A stretch of 64,000 bases of DNA, from assembly GCA_965207735.1 (NCBI GenBank), contig OZ242296.1, forward strand, positions 4,256,001-4,320,000, written 5' to 3'. The position numbers and the translations under genes are program-made. This document shows, one piece after another, positions 35,598 through 45,412 of this stretch. The notes under the pieces are model-generated. The model saw only the letters and a program-made list of their open reading frames with translations, made no database searches and was not told the origin of the DNA. This DNA is from Candidatus Versatilivorator sp. (GTDB lineage Bacteria > Acidobacteriota > Terriglobia > Versatilivoradales > Versatilivoraceae). Position 1 is the first letter of the stretch. Each line of letters begins with the position of its first letter.

Positions 35598-37073
35598 ATG
35601 AGACATCCACTCCTTCAAACATCCCTGAGCCGCCGGGAACTGCTGAACCGAGTCGGCACGGGAATCGGTTCCCTGGGACTGGCAGCCGTGATGGACCAGG
35701 CCGGCTGGCTGGACTCCGGCCCGCTTCACGCCTCGGAAGCGCGGCTCGGCAACTCCCTGACCCCCAAGGCGCCGCACTTTGCCCCCCGGGCCAAGCGGGT
35801 GATCCACCTGCTGATGAACGGCGGCGTCTCCCACGTGGACACCTTCGACCACAAGCCTCTGCTGGAGAAATACCACGGCCAGCGCCCCGCGGCGGTGGAC
35901 ATCAAGACCCAGCGCAAGACAGAAGGCCTGATGAAGTCGCCCTTCGAGTTCCAGCGCCATGGCCAGTCGGGCCGCTGGGTCAGCGAGCTCTTTCCCCACC
36001 TGGCCCAATGCATCGACGACCTCTGTATCATCCACTCCATGCATACCGACCTTCCCGAGCACGTGGCCGGGCTGTTGATGATGACCACGGGGGCGATTCA
36101 ACCCAACCGGCCCAGCATCGGGGCCTGGTTGGGATACGGTTTGGGCACCGAAAACCAGAACCTGCCCGCCTTTATTTCCATTTGTCACAAGGGCCGCCAC
36201 CGTCCCGGAGAGCCCGCCTGGAACAACAGCTTCCTGCCGGGCATCTACTCGGGAACCTTCGTCGACACCGAGAACCTGGACCCCAGGAAGGTCGTCCCCG
36301 ACCTGCGCAACCCCTACCTGTCCCGAGCCGAACAGAAGCGGCAAGTCGACCTGCTGGCCCGCATGAATCGATTGAACCTGCAGCGGGTGGAGCGGGACCA
36401 GGCCCTGGAGGCCAGAATTCAGTCCTTCGAGCTGGCCTATCGCATGCAGACGGCCGCCCCCGAAGCCTTCGATCTCAGCCGGGAGACTCAAGCCACCCGC
36501 GATCTCTACGGGATCACCGATGAACCCACCTACAGCACCATTGGCGGCCGCCCCTTCGGAGGCTTCGCCGAGGGGTGCCTGCTGGCTCGCCGGCTCTCGG
36601 AACGGGGGGTCCGGGTGGTGCAGTTGGCCTTTGCCCCCGACATCGCCTGGGACGACCATGGCGACATCCAGTGGCATCGGCCCAAGGCCAAGGACTGCGA
36701 CCAGGCCATTGCGGCGCTGCTCAAGGACCTGAAGGCCCGGGGACTGCTGGAGGAGACTTTGGTGCTTTGGGGAGGGGAGTTCGGCCGGACTCCCACCGCC
36801 GATCCCAGCACCAAGAGACCGGGACGGGACCACAACCACTACGGCTTCACCGCTTGGATGGCCGGAGGAGGCGTCAAGGCCGGCATGACCTATGGCGCCA
36901 CCGACGATTTCGGCATGCGGGCCGTCCACGACCGGGTGCATGTCCACGACCTGCACGCCACCATCCTGCACCTGATGGGCCTGGACCACGAACGGCTCAC
37001 CTACCGCTACTCCGGCCGCGACTTCCGCCTCACCGACGTCCACGGCCGGATTCTCCACGAGATCCTCGCCTAG
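35598..37073 (+). CDS. DUF1501 domain protein (copy b)
   Basis: Nearly identical to 30094..31560 from SRRELL onward. Confidence 0.9.
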   Translation: MRHPLLQTSLSRRELLNRVGTGIGSLGLAAVMDQAGWLDSGPLHASEARLGNSLTPKAPHFAPRAKRVIHLLMNGGVSHVDTFDHKPLLEKYHGQRPAAVDIKTQRKTEGLMKSPFEFQRHGQSGRWVSELFPHLAQCIDDLCIIHSMHTDLPEHVAGLLMMTTGAIQPNRPSIGAWLGYGLGTENQNLPAFISICHKGRHRPGEPAWNNSFLPGIYSGTFVDTENLDPRKVVPDLRNPYLSRAEQKRQVDLLARMNRLNLQRVERDQALEARIQSFELAYRMQTAAPEAFDLSRETQATRDLYGITDEPTYSTIGGRPFGGFAEGCLLARRLSERGVRVVQLAFAPDIAWDDHGDIQWHRPKAKDCDQAIAALLKDLKARGLLEETLVLWGGEFGRTPTADPSTKRPGRDHNHYGFTAWMAGGGVKAGMTYGATDDFGMRAVHDRVHVHDLHATILHLMGLDHERLTYRYSGRDFRLTDVHGRILHEILA

Positions 37074-37127
37074 GCTGGACACAACCTCAATGGGACTCAC
37101 AAGGCTGCACTAAAACGGAGGACGATC

Positions 37128-38123
37128 ATGATGAAACCTGCGATGCTGAATCGAACGAGATACCTTGGGCTGCTCACACTGTTGTTGATTCCCCTGACAG
37201 GCGCCGCCCAGACTCTCATCAGCTATCCGGGTCCCCTGACTTGCGCGGATCAATCCGTCGTCGCCAGGGCTGTCGAGACACCGAAGGATGCTGAAGTCTT
37301 CGTGCAATGCGCCTACGAGTATGTCCAGGAAATGGGCTTTGACGAGGCCCGGCGAGCCTTCCATGAGGACGAAAGGTGGAAGCACGGCCCCATCTATGTC
37401 TTCGTCGCCGAACTCACACCGGTGCCCGGAGCGTCCCGCGCACTCGTTCAGCCGCCCGACCCGTCGAGAGAGGGGACGCCGTGGGGGTTTCTGATGGACG
37501 ACTTCGGCAACGACCTCATGTCGGAATATTATCGTATCGGTTCGAACTTCGGCGGGGGGTGGATCTATTACGCCTTCACCAACCCAGTGACAGGGAGCAT
37601 TGAGCCGAAGGCATCCTATTTCAAGACGATCGACTGGGAAGGGATCCCGGCCGCGATCGGGGCGGGGATCTACCGGCGAGACCTGCCCGGCACCTGCCGG
37701 AGCGAAGAGGTCAATGCCGCCATGCTCGGCTCCGATCCTTCCCGGGAGCGGCTGCAGGAGTTTGTCCGCTGCGCAGCCATGGAGCTGGACTCGAAGGGCT
37801 ATTTCGCCTCGGTCAGCCTGGCCAACGACCCTCGCTGGCGTAGCGGCTCCATCTACCTGTTCGGACTGGATACCTACGGCTACACTTTCTTCAGCGGCTC
37901 CCCGGCAAATCCCTTGATCGGGTCCGAGTTGTCTTCGGTCTACATCGACAGCTTCGGGGGCCGGAATGTTCTGGCGGCTGCCGATGCCTTCGGCGAAACC
38001 TTCCTCTACTACTCCAACCGGAATCCGGCCGCCAATCGGTGGCAACGCAAGGTGACCTTCGTCAAGAGGGTTACCTCCTTCGGAGTCCCGGTGCTCATCG
38101 GCGCCGGCTATTATCTGGACTGA
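37128..38123 (+). CDS. Secreted protein with two tandem Cache-like sensor domains
   Basis: Signal peptide, then two repeats of FV.CA...G...A...F...RW..G.IY.F...GW/FLYY..NP...K..Y/FVK...IGAG.Y. Confidence 0.75.
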   Translation: MMKPAMLNRTRYLGLLTLLLIPLTGAAQTLISYPGPLTCADQSVVARAVETPKDAEVFVQCAYEYVQEMGFDEARRAFHEDERWKHGPIYVFVAELTPVPGASRALVQPPDPSREGTPWGFLMDDFGNDLMSEYYRIGSNFGGGWIYYAFTNPVTGSIEPKASYFKTIDWEGIPAAIGAGIYRRDLPGTCRSEEVNAAMLGSDPSRERLQEFVRCAAMELDSKGYFASVSLANDPRWRSGSIYLFGLDTYGYTFFSGSPANPLIGSELSSVYIDSFGGRNVLAAADAFGETFLYYSNRNPAANRWQRKVTFVKRVTSFGVPVLIGAGYYLD

Positions 38124-38206
38124 AGCGAGGAGAGACCAGCGCCCACGCTCCCATGGTCGGGCGCACTGCTGCGTCCGGCGGATTGGTCAGCCGCCTGGCC
38201 GGCGGT

Positions 38207-39547
38207 TTAAACCAGCTCGGAAATGGGTTTGCCGGTGAGGTCGTCGAAGGAATTGGCGATCTTGATGGGACGTCCGACGGGGGTCATGTACTCCTTGTGC
38301 CAGTCGATCCCCATGGCCTTGTAGACGGTGGCGAACAGGTCCCCGATGCTGATGGGGCGCTCCACGATCACGGCTCCCTGCTCGTCGCTCTGTCCCACCA
38401 CCTGACCCGTCTGCAGGCCTCCGCCGCCCAGGACCAACGACCAGCACCCTGGCCAGTGATCCCGGCCCAGAGCGGGATTGATGTGGGGGGTTCGACCGAA
38501 CTCGCCCATGGCCACTACCAGAGTGGACTCGTAAAGCCCGCGCCGGCTGAGGTCGTCCAGAAGCGCCGAGAGCGCCCGGTCCAGGGGTGGGGTCAGGCGG
38601 TCGCGGTGCCCCTTGTCGTTGTCCAGGTGGGTGTCCCAGGAGTTTCCGTGAAAGCCGGCCGCGGTCACGAAGCGGGTCCCGGCCTCCACCAGGCGCCGGG
38701 CCAGCAGCAGGCTCTGGCCCACCGAATCCTGCCCGTAGGCTTCCCGGGTCTTGGTCGATTCCTTGGACAGGTCGAAGGCGGCTCCCACGCTCGGGGTCAG
38801 GATCATGTCCCAGGCCTTCTCCAGGAAGGCATCCATCCGGGAATGCTCCAGGCTCTCCACCCGATGGCGGTAGAGCCGGTCCACGGCCTGAAGAAAGGTC
38901 CGGCGGTTATCCACCACAGCAGGCATGAGCGACTTGGGCAGACTCAGGTTCGGAACCTGGTAGTCATCCTTGGAGGGATCCGGAATGGTCATGGGCGCAT
39001 AGTCCGGACCCAGGAAGGCCGACTTGAAGTAATCCTGGTACTGGGTGCTCTTTTCCCAGCGCGGCGCAATCACGTAGGGGGGCATGTTGTTCTGCGGCCC
39101 CAGCTCCTTGGCCACGATCGACCCCAAAGCCGGGAACTGCATGGCGGGATTGTGCAGGTGTCCGGTGGCGGAGTAGTGCACCGCCTGGGGATGGTCGTTG
39201 CCGAAGGACTTGATGGAGCGGATGACGGCCAGCTTGTCCATCCGCTTGGCCAGCCTCGGAAGAAGCTCCGAAATCTGAATGCCGGCCACATTGGTGGGAA
39301 TGGGGCGAAAGGAGCTGTTGGGCTTGGGATCCCAGGTATCGACCTGGCTGGGACCGCCGCCCAGCCAGACCAGAATGCAGGCCTTGGCCTTGCCCGGGTT
39401 GGGGCGGGCAGGATCGGCCAGAGCCGCCTCCAGCCGCAAAGCCTGGCTCAGGTTTATGCCCAGAAATCCCAGCGACCCGACACCGATAAACTCCCGCCGG
39501 TTCCACTGTTGTTGGGTGGCAGACAGACAGCCGACTTTTTTCAGCAT
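38207..39547 (-). CDS. DUF1501 domain protein
   Basis: NRREFI, AKACILVWLGGGPSQVDTWDPKP, LLARRLVEAG, WDTH, MGEFGRTP, GRDHWP. Confidence 0.9.
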   Translation of the reverse strand: MLKKVGCLSATQQQWNRREFIGVGSLGFLGINLSQALRLEAALADPARPNPGKAKACILVWLGGGPSQVDTWDPKPNSSFRPIPTNVAGIQISELLPRLAKRMDKLAVIRSIKSFGNDHPQAVHYSATGHLHNPAMQFPALGSIVAKELGPQNNMPPYVIAPRWEKSTQYQDYFKSAFLGPDYAPMTIPDPSKDDYQVPNLSLPKSLMPAVVDNRRTFLQAVDRLYRHRVESLEHSRMDAFLEKAWDMILTPSVGAAFDLSKESTKTREAYGQDSVGQSLLLARRLVEAGTRFVTAAGFHGNSWDTHLDNDKGHRDRLTPPLDRALSALLDDLSRRGLYESTLVVAMGEFGRTPHINPALGRDHWPGCWSLVLGGGGLQTGQVVGQSDEQGAVIVERPISIGDLFATVYKAMGIDWHKEYMTPVGRPIKIANSFDDLTGKPISELV

Positions 39548-39559
39548 GGCATTATGTCA

Positions 39560-39702
39560 TCAGGCTTCAACATGGACGACCGCCCCGCGCTTCGGATCAT
39601 CCAAAGCCTGGAGCACTTTGGGAACCAACGGCTGAAGATATTCTATGTTATTTCCTCTCGTGATGAGTACGATAATTGGAATGTCCTTTTCGGCTATATT
39701 CT
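39560..39702 (-). pseudogene. C-terminal fragment of a DUF5615-like PIN toxin
   Basis: NIAEKDIPIIVLITRGNNIEYLQPLVPKVLQALDDPKRGAVVHVEA resembles the C-terminal half of these PIN proteins. AT-rich, with no N-terminal half. Confidence 0.5.
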
Positions 39703-42276
39703 TCAGTGATTTTCCGCAAACTCCCGTGAAGTGATCACCGCCCACTGAAGATCCCGCAGGGCCTGCTCCCGGCTGGGGGTGCTTGCGATCAGACGCTCCA
39801 GCTCCTCGACCTCCGACGGCGTCGGGAACCGTGAGAAGGCCGCCAGAAAAAGCTCTTCGACGATCTCCGCATCCGAAGCTCCCCGCTCAACCAGTTCAAA
39901 GACCCGCGCGCCCTCGGTCCAGAGCTTGTCGTTGTAGGTCGATCCCACCAGCAGGTGCAGGGCCTGGGTCAGGTTGGATTTGCCGTCCCGCTCGGGAACG
40001 GAAAACCGGTTGGGGCGTCCGAAGGTATCCAGAAAGGTAGACTGATAGATATCGGTTTCCTTGAGCTGGACGGCCCGCGTTCCCTCGGGAGCCCCGCCTC
40101 TTCCCTTCTTCTTGTGAAGCCAATTGCCGAACGTCTCGGAAACCCCGGTCAGGTCGCAGATGGCATCCAGCAGGATCTCCGCATCCAGAGGACGGCTCAG
40201 GGCGCGGGAGTAGTTGAGTTGGTCGGCCCGGTTGGTGTGGTTGACGGCGCTCGACAACTGGTATGTCCGGGAACGGACGATCCGGCGGAACAGGTGCCGC
40301 AGGTCGTAGCCGTTGCGGGCGAAGTCCTCGGCCAATCGCCGCAGCAACTCCGGATGGGTGGGCGGGTTGTTGCTGCGGAAGTCGTCCACCGGATCCACGA
40401 TCCCTCGGCCGAAGAAGTAGCTCCAGAACCGGTTGACGGAGGCCTCGGCGAAATAGGGGTGGGATGTTATCCACCTGGCCATCTCGCCCCGCGGGAAGCC
40501 GGACCCGTCGTAAGACACCCGGGTGCCGTTCAGCAGGGTGGGGGCCACCTCCTGGCCGGTGCGGGGGTGCAGGACGCGCAGCTCGGTGGGGCTGGGGACA
40601 TCGGCGGCGACCTCCCGGCCGTCGGGGCTGTCGAAGACCACCGATTCCGGATTGGCGCCGAGCCTGAACATGGATCCGAAAAAGGCCGCCATGCCCCAAA
40701 ACTGATCCTGGGTCCAGCGCTCATAGGGGTGGTCGTGGCACTGGGCGCAATCCAGGCGCCGTCCCATGAAGACCCGAATCTCCTCGCCCATCATGTTTTC
40801 GGGGGGAGGCAGAACCAGGTAGGGAAGATAGTGCCGGGAGGCGGGGCTGTATCCCTGAGCGGCCATCCGCTCCTCGGCCACCCGGTCGTAGGGACGGTTG
40901 CGGGCCACCGCGTCCCGAATCCACTCCCAGTAGGACTGGCTCCACTTGGGATTGATCCCCACCGGAAAGACGGCCACCCGGAACAGATCCGCCAACCGGA
41001 AGGTCCAGTAGTCCACGAACTCGGGGGAGTCGAGCAGCACCTCGATCAACTCCTCTCTCTTCCGGGGATCGGGGTCGTCCAGAAACTCCCGCACGCGGCC
41101 GGCCGGAGGAATGCGTCCGGTGAGATCCAGGCAGACCCGGCGGAGGAACTCGGCGTCGCCGGAGCGCTGGGAGGGAAGGATGTTGAACTTTCTGAGCTTG
41201 GCGAAGACTTCATCGTCGATGAAGTTGGCGCGGGGCAACTCCGGATAGTCCGGAATCCACTCGGCCACAACGCCGATCCTGGATTGCACTTCGTAGCCGG
41301 CGCCGCGGACCAGGATGTTGGACTCACCGGGATTGAGAGCCCGTACCAGGCCCTGTCCGTCCAGATCGGCCACTTCCTGTTGCTTGGATTCGAAGCGCAC
41401 CCGGTGGGTAAAGTCCTCCCGCGTGCCGTCAGACAGAAGCGCCGTCACGATCAACTGCCGGCTCCCTCCCTCCTGCAGCAACCCTTCCCGGGGAAACACC
41501 TCCAGTCCTTCCACCTTGGGCAGGTCCCGCCCGTTTTCCTCACGGTAAGGCACTCCCCGACCGATCCAGTCCAGGATCGCCCGGTAGTCCTCCGTCCCCT
41601 TCTCCAGCCGCAGCCCGCCCCCGTGGGCAACCTCCAGGGACGGCTTCCTCAAAAGCAGGCTGCGTTCGGGCGCTTCAGTGTCGACACGGGGAACGATCGG
41701 CTCTCCGGGCTTGTCGGTCAATACCTGGAAGACGCCGCCCTTGACGATCCAATCGTAGTCCTGACGCGGGTGAGCGGCGTTGATGGAAAGCCTGAAGCCG
41801 CCCTGGCCCTTGACCCCGGCGTGGCAGGCAATGTCGTTGCAGCCCCGCCGGGTGAGGATGGCCCCGATCTCTTTTTCGAAGGTGAACGGAGGCGGGCGGG
41901 CCGAATCGACCACCGCCACGGCGGACTGGGCCTTCAAGGACCCGAAAGTCACCTTCAGATGTGTCTGCCCGTCCCCTGCCGCCAACACCCGACCGGCGGA
42001 ACCGAGTCGGGCCACCACGGGATCGGCCAGGGAGAACTCGGCCCGAGCCGTCACGTCCTCTTGGCGACCCCCGGCGAGGGTGGCCACAACGGAGAACTGC
42101 TGGGAGGCGCCCTTCCACCGCAGGGTGGTCTTTTCGGGCGTTAGGCGCAGGGAGAGGAGATCCGAAGAAGAGGGCTCGGCGATGGCCGTTGACTGGAGCG
42201 CCGGGATCAGCAGGAACCCGGCAGTCAGGAGCGAAATTATCGGGCGCCGGGAAAGGCAGGGGGCATGCGTGCTCAT
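39703..42276 (-). CDS. DUF1549/DUF1553 (PSD1) protein with Ig-like domains
   Basis: Signal peptide, GC...ACH, EFLRRVCLDLTGRIP, CAQCHDHPYERW, VNRFW.YFFGRGIVDPVDDF, NPPTHPELL. Confidence 0.9.
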   Translation of the reverse strand: MSTHAPCLSRRPIISLLTAGFLLIPALQSTAIAEPSSSDLLSLRLTPEKTTLRWKGASQQFSVVATLAGGRQEDVTARAEFSLADPVVARLGSAGRVLAAGDGQTHLKVTFGSLKAQSAVAVVDSARPPPFTFEKEIGAILTRRGCNDIACHAGVKGQGGFRLSINAAHPRQDYDWIVKGGVFQVLTDKPGEPIVPRVDTEAPERSLLLRKPSLEVAHGGGLRLEKGTEDYRAILDWIGRGVPYREENGRDLPKVEGLEVFPREGLLQEGGSRQLIVTALLSDGTREDFTHRVRFESKQQEVADLDGQGLVRALNPGESNILVRGAGYEVQSRIGVVAEWIPDYPELPRANFIDDEVFAKLRKFNILPSQRSGDAEFLRRVCLDLTGRIPPAGRVREFLDDPDPRKREELIEVLLDSPEFVDYWTFRLADLFRVAVFPVGINPKWSQSYWEWIRDAVARNRPYDRVAEERMAAQGYSPASRHYLPYLVLPPPENMMGEEIRVFMGRRLDCAQCHDHPYERWTQDQFWGMAAFFGSMFRLGANPESVVFDSPDGREVAADVPSPTELRVLHPRTGQEVAPTLLNGTRVSYDGSGFPRGEMARWITSHPYFAEASVNRFWSYFFGRGIVDPVDDFRSNNPPTHPELLRRLAEDFARNGYDLRHLFRRIVRSRTYQLSSAVNHTNRADQLNYSRALSRPLDAEILLDAICDLTGVSETFGNWLHKKKGRGGAPEGTRAVQLKETDIYQSTFLDTFGRPNRFSVPERDGKSNLTQALHLLVGSTYNDKLWTEGARVFELVERGASDAEIVEELFLAAFSRFPTPSEVEELERLIASTPSREQALRDLQWAVITSREFAENH

Positions 42277-42286
42277 CGCATCTCAA

Positions 42287-44248
42287 TCACTCAGGGGATA
42301 CCTGCTTATTATCCCCATCCGGACCGCTCTTTTCAACCGGGTTTAAGGCTGCCTGAGTGGGGGTCGCGGCCGGAGCCACCACCATCAACAACAGATCCTT
42401 CACCGGAGTCATGCGCCCCATGCGTCCCTCTTCCATGGGTTGAGCCATCACTTTCACCGGGACCGGAACCGGCGTGGGCGGGGCGTCGGCGGCTGCAACC
42501 AATACCAGGGTTGCCTTCCGGCTCCGGGAAACGTAGCGCTCCTTGCGGCCTTCGTTGACCGCGGGAGGAGCATCGGGTTCCGCCTGGGTGGCTGCCACGG
42601 CCGTCACGCCCGATGGCAAACCCGCCAGACTCAGGGCGATACTGCCCTCGAAGTGCTCCTCTTGGTCGGTGACCAGGCTCAGGGGCGTGGCTGTACCGGT
42701 GACCAGGTTCAAATGGTCCTCCTCCACGTGGATCCGGCCCATGTGAGGCACCTGGGGACGGATCAGAACTCGGTAGGCCATGGAGGGCCCGCCGAAGGCC
42801 GCCGTGATGTCCCGGATCTCCAGCGTGAATTCCCCGGCTCGAGGGAAGGAATGGATGACCTTGGGGCGGATCTGCTTCTCGATCTCGGTGTTGGCATTCA
42901 ATATGGAGTGCACGTTGGTCAGGACTTCGGCTCCCTCGGCATCCACCATCTTCAGGAAGGGATTGAAGACCGGCACCGTGGCTTGGGGAGTCTCAATCTC
43001 CAGGGCGATGCGTTCGCCCACCTTGGCCGCAAACCGCACCCGGTCGATATCGCCTGGATGCTCGATGGTTCCCACCAGCAGCGCCGGCAGGGTAACCGTC
43101 ACTGCTTCCGAGGCTTCGTCCGGGGCTTCATCCAGTTGGACGATCGGGATCGCCTTCGGCGCTTGGCGGGCCTGGGTTCCGGCCTGGCCTTCGGCGGCCG
43201 GCTCCGGGTTGAAGGCAGGCTTTGGCGGCAACGCCGTTCGCGCCCGCAGAGCTTCCATTCGATCGGTTCGAAGCTCCCGAGTCCAGCTTCGTTCCTGCCA
43301 GACGTCGGCGCCCGAGCCGGTGGAGGCCGAAGCGGACCCCTCTCCTTTCTCCTCCTCCGAATCCCTGGCGATTCGCAGAAGGTAGGGGTGATCGGGACCG
43401 CCCTCGCCCATAAAGCCGCTGACCCGAACCAGGTATCGACCGGCCCTTTCGAATCGGTGCCTCAGAACGGGCTCGGTGCTCAGTTCGGGATAGAAGACCG
43501 GCTCGTCGCTGAACGCCAGCCGGCGGGCGCGGTGGGGGCTAAACCAGCTCCCCGCGGGTTCATAGAGGGTAATGGCCATGTCCGAGAGCGCCAGCGAGCG
43601 CACCTCGAACCGCAACCGCTCTCCTTCGGCAACGCTGAAGGCGTAGTAGTCCACCTCGGCAGACTGACCGATGGTCCCGTGAACCGCCAGGGGCCACTCG
43701 GGCAAGGGCTCGGCCTGGGAGGCCAAATCGTGGGAGGGACGGCTCTCCAGGTGGCCAGGCTCGGTATGCACGTGAAAGAACACGGGAGAGGAAAGGCCGC
43801 GAGGCGTGATGGCTCTCAGGCCGCGGGGTCCCGCTTGGGCAGTCGGATCCACCTGGAACCTCAGGCTGAGCAACTGGACCGGCTTGGCCCCGGCGTCCGA
43901 CTGGAGCGTCTCTCCAGGCTTGGGCCCATCCTCGTTGCGGAGGCCGAGAACGGTTGCCCTGACGCCGCCGGAGTCGAACCAGAGGTCGCGGGCTCCCTCC
44001 AGTCTACGCCCCCTGAGGGTGCCTTGAAACTCCTCTCCAGGCCGACCCCCCAGGGGAAACAGGGAAAGGATTTCGGGTGGACCGGAAGAGTCGGCCTCGG
44101 CGGGACAGGGGAGGGGCTGAAGCAGGACCAGCAGGGCGGCGACCATCCATCCCCGGCCCAAGAGGCTGGCGGGTTTCCAGGAAAGGGCCACGATGATTCC
44201 TCGAGCTTGGAAAGCGTGCAGGAGCGATCCGATTCTAATCGTCCACAA
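42287..44248 (-). CDS. PPC (pre-peptidase C-terminal) domain protein of DUF1501/PSD1 clusters
   Basis: LFPLGGRPG, GTIG..AEVDYYAF, GRYLVRV, GTIEHPGDIDRVRF, GEFTLEIRD, YRVLI. Start uncertain. Confidence 0.75.
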   Translation of the reverse strand: MWTIRIGSLLHAFQARGIIVALSWKPASLLGRGWMVAALLVLLQPLPCPAEADSSGPPEILSLFPLGGRPGEEFQGTLRGRRLEGARDLWFDSGGVRATVLGLRNEDGPKPGETLQSDAGAKPVQLLSLRFQVDPTAQAGPRGLRAITPRGLSSPVFFHVHTEPGHLESRPSHDLASQAEPLPEWPLAVHGTIGQSAEVDYYAFSVAEGERLRFEVRSLALSDMAITLYEPAGSWFSPHRARRLAFSDEPVFYPELSTEPVLRHRFERAGRYLVRVSGFMGEGGPDHPYLLRIARDSEEEKGEGSASASTGSGADVWQERSWTRELRTDRMEALRARTALPPKPAFNPEPAAEGQAGTQARQAPKAIPIVQLDEAPDEASEAVTVTLPALLVGTIEHPGDIDRVRFAAKVGERIALEIETPQATVPVFNPFLKMVDAEGAEVLTNVHSILNANTEIEKQIRPKVIHSFPRAGEFTLEIRDITAAFGGPSMAYRVLIRPQVPHMGRIHVEEDHLNLVTGTATPLSLVTDQEEHFEGSIALSLAGLPSGVTAVAATQAEPDAPPAVNEGRKERYVSRSRKATLVLVAAADAPPTPVPVPVKVMAQPMEEGRMGRMTPVKDLLLMVVAPAATPTQAALNPVEKSGPDGDNKQVSPE

Positions 44249-44353
44249 AACCCATTGTCAATTTCTCCCCCATGGGGGCTCGCGGGCTTCGAAATCCATT
44301 GATACTCTTTCAAAGAGGGTCTACCCTGTCGGCGGACCCAACCGGACCGAGCC

Positions 44354-45334
44354 ATGGACCCCGCCCCCGCATTCAAGCAGGCCAGAGACCGCGGATGCGC
44401 CTTTCTCTTGCGCCACCAGGGCATCCGGGGAGAATTTCCCCGGAGCCGACCGGTTCTGGACGACTACTACAAGGTCCTCACCGCCTTTCAGGTCGGTGGC
44501 CACAACGACGCCGCCAACCGCCTCTGCCAGTGGATTCGCACCCGGGGTACGACTCCCGAGGGCGATTTCGGTCCGAAAGGGGAAGGCGCCTCCGGTTACT
44601 CCTGCGCCTATTTCAATGCCTGGGTCATCCTGGGGGCGCAGCGGCTGGGCCAGCTCGACATTGCCACGCGGGGAATCCACTTCCTGCTGACATTTCAAGA
44701 CGAGGAAACCGGGGGCTTTTTTTCGGACCCCAGCGAGCGGGGCGCTGAGACCAGGCAGGATCTGATGGTGGTGAGCCTGTGCGGACTGGCCTGTCTGTCG
44801 ATGGGAAAGACCCGGGAGGCCTTCGGGGCCGCGGGTTGGTTGAGGAACCTGATGGAGGCCCAGCCGGAGTTTCCCAAAAAATTGCACACCGTCTACAGCA
44901 GGCATAACGGTCTGCATACCGCGTTCGATCAGGGTGAGGCTTTAAGGCACGTGGTAGTGGCGGACTCCCGCACCGACCAGGCTTTCTTCAACCCGGGAAT
45001 CGCCGCCGGGTTCCTTTGCCGGTTGTTCCAGGCCAGTCGGGAAAGGAAGTGGCTGGATCTGGCCATTGAATACATGCGCTTCGCTGAAGGGGCCAGCGAC
45101 GAGCTCTTCCGACTGATCCGGGCAGGCAAAGTGGGCTGGGCCGCTTCCCTGCTGTTCCGAATCACGGGAGAGCAAAAATATCGGGCCATGGCGCTCAGGA
45201 TCGGCGACAATCTGACCCGCCTGCAATCCAGGCAGGGATACTGGTCGGGAGTGGGACAGCAGACACCCAACTACGATTCCACGGCCGAACGAGTGGTCTG
45301 GATGGATGAGATCGCCCAGGTCGCCGGGGGATGA
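44354..45334 (+). CDS. Hypothetical alpha/alpha-barrel protein (prenyltransferase/six-hairpin-like)
   Basis: Repeated FLL..Q...G.F and L..LQ...GYW motifs, plus L.R.TGE.KY..MA. Confidence 0.55.
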   Translation: MDPAPAFKQARDRGCAFLLRHQGIRGEFPRSRPVLDDYYKVLTAFQVGGHNDAANRLCQWIRTRGTTPEGDFGPKGEGASGYSCAYFNAWVILGAQRLGQLDIATRGIHFLLTFQDEETGGFFSDPSERGAETRQDLMVVSLCGLACLSMGKTREAFGAAGWLRNLMEAQPEFPKKLHTVYSRHNGLHTAFDQGEALRHVVVADSRTDQAFFNPGIAAGFLCRLFQASRERKWLDLAIEYMRFAEGASDELFRLIRAGKVGWAASLLFRITGEQKYRAMALRIGDNLTRLQSRQGYWSGVGQQTPNYDSTAERVVWMDEIAQVAGG

Positions 45335-45412
45335 AGAGGCACCGACCGGAATGATTGCACGCTGCAAATCCTTCGCGATCCGAACCAAATCTGGCCCAAC
45401 GGGAGGTTGACC

